DNA of 64,000 nucleotides from a virus: IMG/VR virus record IMGVR_UViG_3300027754_003435; one strand, 5' to 3'. Shown piece by piece: positions 59,672 to 64,000 of this stretch (position 1 is its first letter; each line of letters starts with the position of its first letter). The notes under the pieces were generated by a model. It saw only the letters and a program-made list of their open reading frames with translations, ran no database searches and was not told where the DNA came from. The position numbers and the translations under genes were made by a program.

Positions 59672-60022
59672 TCACCCCTTTAAAAATTTAGAAAAAAGTA
59701 TTGGGGTATTGATTCGTGTGTTTGGTAACTCATCATTAATAGATGTATTTAATATAGTTGTATCAACACTTTCAATTTGTCTATCCAACTTTTGCTGTGC
59801 TTCTTTAATTAAACGTATATAATACTGAGCAACATTCATTTTATTAGAATTGTTACTAATATGAAATAAGTGGTTTGGTGTTTTATTGTTTGAATCCACC
59901 GATAATATAGATAAAAATAATTGCTTAGTATATTCTGAAATATCATTACTATCAACCACTGGTGGAAAATCTGACATCATTGATCCAGACATAATATCGA
60001 TTATTTCTGTTTCGGTTATCAT
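59672..60022 (-). CDS. Hypothetical protein
   Basis: 116-aa ORF packed between paralogs. Confidence 0.55.
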   Translation of the reverse strand: MITETEIIDIMSGSMMSDFPPVVDSNDISEYTKQLFLSILSVDSNNKTPNHLFHISNNSNKMNVAQYYIRLIKEAQQKLDRQIESVDTTILNTSINDELPNTRINTPILFSKFLKG

Positions 60023-60023
60023 G

Positions 60024-63000
60024 TTACCAATTCAATCTTATTTTTATTAAAATATCGTTTTCTTTTGTTTTCTTAATAGGTTTACTCAACTTTGCAATAG
60101 CCAATAATTCTCTGTCTTTATTATAAAGACCAATCGTTGTAATGTAAGTCATAGGATCATTTATAAAACACGCATTCTTTATTTTACCTATGTTAGCAGA
60201 GTCATCATAAGTATATGTTGGATTGTTACTATAATTAGAATCACTATTTGCAACTCTCACGAAGTAATGATTTGTAGTTTTTCGTGTAACACTTCTTGCT
60301 TGCATTGGATAACCCATTGCAGCAGCACCACTTATTGAAGTAAATAACTTATAAGAATTGTCACCTAAAATATTACTACCAGTAACAGTATTAAATGTCA
60401 AATAAGAATTTAATTTAGAAGAATCTAATACTATAACACCGAGATTTGGATATACTTTACCATAAGTTGTAATCGCTAAGTTAGTATATATACTACCAGT
60501 ACCACTAGAATGTACACCAGAACTTATACTTCCACTAACAATATCATAATAAGTTGTTTCTGTGTCTGAACATACCGTATCACCAAGTATTTCTGATGAA
60601 TTATCTATAAGTGATAATATAATTGGAGTTGAACCTGAAACTTTAACCTTACTACCAGTATGTTGTGAATTCACTATTCCACTACCAGAAAGTGCAGCTA
60701 AATTTATTTGAAAATTACCAACATTTAATTGATCGCTTATTCCGTTTCTGTTAAAGTTTATAACGTAAATATCATTGGGTGTTTCAAGTGTTCCACTATT
60801 ATAGAATGAATAATATTTTTCTGTAGATTCCATTGATAACAATCTATATTGAGAATATATCGCTCTCGATACACTATCACGATTATTATATCCAGTTGCT
60901 AAAGAACCAGATCCATTGTGATTACCGTAAGTAACAGCAAAATAAGGCGTCTTACCACACGTATCACAATCAGTTACTTCATAATAATATGCCGTTGAAG
61001 CAGTATATTGTGTTGAACTTGTATAATAACAATCAAGTGACGCTGAAGCACCAAACAATCCACGCTTAGTGTCTTTAACCACCGCAGTTAAAACGTCAGT
61101 ACCAAATAAAAATGGATGTTGTACTTTATTTGCTTTATCAAAGCAATCGTCTTTTTGTCTTGTTGCACCTGTCAATTCTTGACCGTCTGTTAATCCGTAT
61201 GGATTTCTTGCTATATCAGTTGGTGCGGTTGGTTTAGTAGCTCTCTTTCTTTCTTTCTTACGTTTATAGTATCCGTCACCTAAAATTGGGTGATCGTACG
61301 ATAATGCTGGATAAGTAAGGTAATTTGTTCTGACTTCAATCTCTGTACATCCACATGGATTAGTTGGATCTGTCTTATATTCAGTTTCAAAGTCTTTTGT
61401 TATAAATTGTTCACACTCACCAAATGGATTAAATTGAATACTATCATACGCAATAAACGTACCGTCATCTGGCTGTCTGGATGGTATATTCAAAGCCATA
61501 ACAACTTCATCTAATGCGTAATAATAACCATCAGTTGTTGTTAAAAATTTACCAGTATCGCTCTTTAATGCAACAATTGGAATTGAGTTTGGTAACTTAC
61601 CATTTAATGCATCTAACATATACTGATAACCAATATCAGACTCTTTTCTATATGGAAGTTCTTGCTCAGTTATTCTACACTTTATTTTAAAAATACGAAT
61701 TCTTTTTCTTTTTACTCCACGTTGAAATCTAGATAAAATACCAGTTAAACATGGATTTGTTGGTAAAGCTATTCTTGTTTGAATTAAAGAACCATCATCA
61801 AACGCTTCAAACGCTAAGTAAGGAGAATATCTTGTAATACCTTCATTGTAAATTGCAAGCATTAATCCAGTATCATCTACATAACCAGGAGTACCATCTC
61901 TCTTTTTGATAAGACCGGCAATGATAGGATAATCAACATAGCTAGATTCAAAAGTCTCGTTCGATAACTCAGAATATACTGCCCAATATTCTCTATTGGC
62001 ACAGTCGTTAGAAGTAGCAGGTGGAACACCACTACCCCCACCACCTTGTGTTGCTGTACAATCAGATACACCAGACGCTCCTGTGCATTTAGCGTAAACA
62101 GCACCATTCTCTGTTTCGACTAGCAACCCACCACCAAACGCATTAGCATCTTTCTTTATGTCTGTGTCTGCCAAATATACTGCTTGATTCAATAAGTGTT
62201 CTAACTTACCCATAGCACCGGAATTTACTATATCTGTCTTCCATTGATGTGTGTGATCTATTTCTCTAATCTTTGCATCAAATGTAAAACTTTTAGGACT
62301 TGCAGCGAGCCATGCTGCACAATCTGTTTTCCAGCCATCTACAACAGGATTATTATTAACAAATACTTTTATATTATTTTTTAAGTTTTCATTTATATAT
62401 TCTAAATCATTGAAGCCAGCAGCGTCAGTAACATTTAATGCTGTATTTATACCGGCGGATACTTCATCAAAATCATAATAATACTGCCAAGTAATTCTAT
62501 CTTTATTTGGATTGCCTGGACAAGCATCCTGTTTGTAAGCGATTTTAGAAGTTGCTACTATTTTATCGGTTGCAATCAGTTCTGGAGTTGGGAATAAATT
62601 TTGACCTGATGTAGAACAACATCTCCAAATATCAATATATAATTGACAAGGTCCAGGTATTGTTACTCCACTAATAGAAGCTTTCTGTGTAGTTTGCTTT
62701 TGTTTCACCGTAAACGTATATCTACATGCAGCAACACCAGTTGTGGAAACAGCACCAGTTGTGGAAACAGCTCCAGTTGTGGAAACAGCACCAGTTGTAG
62801 AAGCAGCACCAGTTGTAGAAGCAGCACCAGTTGTAGAAGCAGTACTAGTTGTTGTACTAGTTGTTGTTGTAGCTACGTATAATGCAGGAGCATTTAAAAA
62901 ATTTGAAATTAGTCTTTTAGTTTCGTCATACGATCTAATACGTAATGTATCATTAGTACCCGCTATTCCTGCTGGAGATGTCAATTCAGGAGAATTTATT

Positions 63001-63473
63001 ATATTAACGTACTTGTCATATAATGTGGCACCAGAAATTACTCTTCCAAACAATAATATTGATTTAGTTGTATTTGCTTTCAAATAAGTAGAGAATGAAC
63101 CAAGAGTCTGTGCTACTAAATTTTCATTATCACCTACAATTCCAGCTGATTTAGTTCGCCAATATTCGTCATAATCAGCCAATAATGATGCTAAAGGAAG
63201 CCAAGCGTACGAATCTCTCACTATAATGTTAAGAGTGTTTCCCTGACCATCATCTGGTGTATATCCCTGTGTAAAATTTTCAAATGTTTTCGCTTGGTCA
63301 AACTGTGTAAGCCAGTTTAGATAATTGGTGTTAAATCCACCCGTTGTTTCTATAGTGGGCCATGTAGTATACTTTGGAAAAGTAGAATATGGTTGATTAG
63401 CACCATAATAATTTAATGCACTAAGTATACTATTGGTGAAACCATCAAAACTACAACAACTATAAATGGCCAT
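60024..63473 (-). CDS. Large virion structural protein, paralog family, Cys-containing middle region
   Basis: 1149 aa; shared C-terminal domain (YFVRV...NYSNNPTY...YITTIGLYN..ELLAIAKLSKPIKK). Confidence 0.75.
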   Translation of the reverse strand: MAIYSCCSFDGFTNSILSALNYYGANQPYSTFPKYTTWPTIETTGGFNTNYLNWLTQFDQAKTFENFTQGYTPDDGQGNTLNIIVRDSYAWLPLASLLADYDEYWRTKSAGIVGDNENLVAQTLGSFSTYLKANTTKSILLFGRVISGATLYDKYVNIINSPELTSPAGIAGTNDTLRIRSYDETKRLISNFLNAPALYVATTTTSTTTSTASTTGAASTTGAASTTGAVSTTGAVSTTGAVSTTGVAACRYTFTVKQKQTTQKASISGVTIPGPCQLYIDIWRCCSTSGQNLFPTPELIATDKIVATSKIAYKQDACPGNPNKDRITWQYYYDFDEVSAGINTALNVTDAAGFNDLEYINENLKNNIKVFVNNNPVVDGWKTDCAAWLAASPKSFTFDAKIREIDHTHQWKTDIVNSGAMGKLEHLLNQAVYLADTDIKKDANAFGGGLLVETENGAVYAKCTGASGVSDCTATQGGGGSGVPPATSNDCANREYWAVYSELSNETFESSYVDYPIIAGLIKKRDGTPGYVDDTGLMLAIYNEGITRYSPYLAFEAFDDGSLIQTRIALPTNPCLTGILSRFQRGVKRKRIRIFKIKCRITEQELPYRKESDIGYQYMLDALNGKLPNSIPIVALKSDTGKFLTTTDGYYYALDEVVMALNIPSRQPDDGTFIAYDSIQFNPFGECEQFITKDFETEYKTDPTNPCGCTEIEVRTNYLTYPALSYDHPILGDGYYKRKKERKRATKPTAPTDIARNPYGLTDGQELTGATRQKDDCFDKANKVQHPFLFGTDVLTAVVKDTKRGLFGASASLDCYYTSSTQYTASTAYYYEVTDCDTCGKTPYFAVTYGNHNGSGSLATGYNNRDSVSRAIYSQYRLLSMESTEKYYSFYNSGTLETPNDIYVINFNRNGISDQLNVGNFQINLAALSGSGIVNSQHTGSKVKVSGSTPIILSLIDNSSEILGDTVCSDTETTYYDIVSGSISSGVHSSGTGSIYTNLAITTYGKVYPNLGVIVLDSSKLNSYLTFNTVTGSNILGDNSYKLFTSISGAAAMGYPMQARSVTRKTTNHYFVRVANSDSNYSNNPTYTYDDSANIGKIKNACFINDPMTYITTIGLYNKDRELLAIAKLSKPIKKTKENDILIKIRLNW
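62731..62840 (-). repeat. 18-bp coding VNTR (STTGA[AV]) x6
   Basis: [gc]caccagttgt[ga]gaa[ag]ca repeated in tandem on the + strand. Confidence 0.92.
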
Positions 63474-63483
63474 AATATATTCC

Positions 63484-64000
63484 TTAGTAATCTAATTTAA
63501 CTTTAATAATAACTTCTCTATCAAATGATTTTTGAATTGGTTTACTTAATTTTGCAATAGCAAGTAAGTTTCCTGAATCATCGTATAAACCGATAGTAGT
63601 TATATAAACTTTTGGATCTTCTCTCATTCGTTGGAATTTTATTTTGTAATTTGAATCCAAGAAACTTGAATTTGTGGTGTAATTATATTCATTGGAATAT
63701 ATTCTAACAAAATAATATGCAGAAGAAACCACTTCACTCGTTCTACCTTGAAATGAATGTGTAGTTGGACTATAAGCAATAGCACCACTTACAGAATTAA
63801 AGAAACGATAAGCACTATTATCACCCCACATAGATCCAGTATATGTATTTTGAGATACAGTTGGAACGTAAGACCGAGATGTGTAATATGAAGCAGAAGC
63901 ATCGAGTGCTTTACCATTTAATACAATAACACCATTATCTGGATAGAATAAACCCCAAGGTGTATTTGCATATGTACCAGTATAAAGACCGTCTTTCAAA
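63484..64000 (-). CDS. Partial virion structural protein, paralog family (5' end beyond window)
   Basis: WGLFYPDNGVIVLNG...YFVRIYSNEYNYTTN.SF...YITTIGLYDD..NLLAIAKLSKPIQKSFDREVIIKVKLDY. Confidence 0.75.
   Translation of the reverse strand, partial: LKDGLYTGTYANTPWGLFYPDNGVIVLNGKALDASASYYTSRSYVPTVSQNTYTGSMWGDNSAYRFFNSVSGAIAYSPTTHSFQGRTSEVVSSAYYFVRIYSNEYNYTTNSSFLDSNYKIKFQRMREDPKVYITTIGLYDDSGNLLAIAKLSKPIQKSFDREVIIKVKLDY

Noticed and set aside
357-62900. Numerous plus-strand ORFs in the track (e.g. 7628-8194, 9047-9829, 11396-11845, 22626-23225, 32873-33325, 62743-63087)
   Set aside because: They are antisense shadows of long minus-strand genes with low-complexity, codon-bias-derived sequences, lacking SD or recognisable motifs.
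1-64000. Stop-codon reassignment (as in some large phages)
   Set aside because: Code 11 gives full-length genes with dense packing; TAG terminates the major capsid gene at the expected C-terminus.
1-64000. tRNA or structured ncRNA genes
   Set aside because: Intergenic gaps are short, and I saw no cloverleaf, T-loop (GTTCRA) or CCA pattern; tRNAscan-SE/Infernal would be needed to exclude them formally.

Overview
This window is a 64-kb segment of a large, AT-rich, T4-like contractile-tailed (myovirus) phage genome. Essentially all credible genes lie on the minus strand, and the standard code with TAA/TAG/TGA stops fits. Reading in transcription direction (right to left), the order is: a tandem family of paralogous virion proteins; a small replication/recombination island (T7 endonuclease I-like resolvase, primase, fused SbcD-SbcC/gp47-gp46); Ser/Thr-rich tail fibre genes; an RCC1-repeat / TPR-glycosyltransferase / methyltransferase / fibre-chaperone cassette; putative capsid-cargo genes; terminase and portal; prohead protease; ribosomal protein bS21; an ADP-ribosyltransferase; scaffold and major capsid; holin-like and PhoH genes; neck (gp13/14/15-like); sheath and tube; a tail chaperone with a probable programmed frameshift; tape measure; a giant repeat-containing tube-initiator protein; and LysM and hub-like baseplate genes. 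A TTTG-N20-TATATTTG promoter and bS21 among structural genes suggest a Bacteroidota(-related) host. The main leads are: (1) phage bS21 next to strongly SD-led late genes; (2) head-cluster proteins sharing leader and [LIV]-x-E motifs, including two unrelated ART-like domains, one bracketed by a 33-bp direct repeat; (3) a late-promoter-like motif (sense ATATTTAT) that is T4's TATAAATA box inverted; and (4) a +1/-2 frameshift in the tail chaperone. All assignments come from motif recognition and synteny; no database searches were run.
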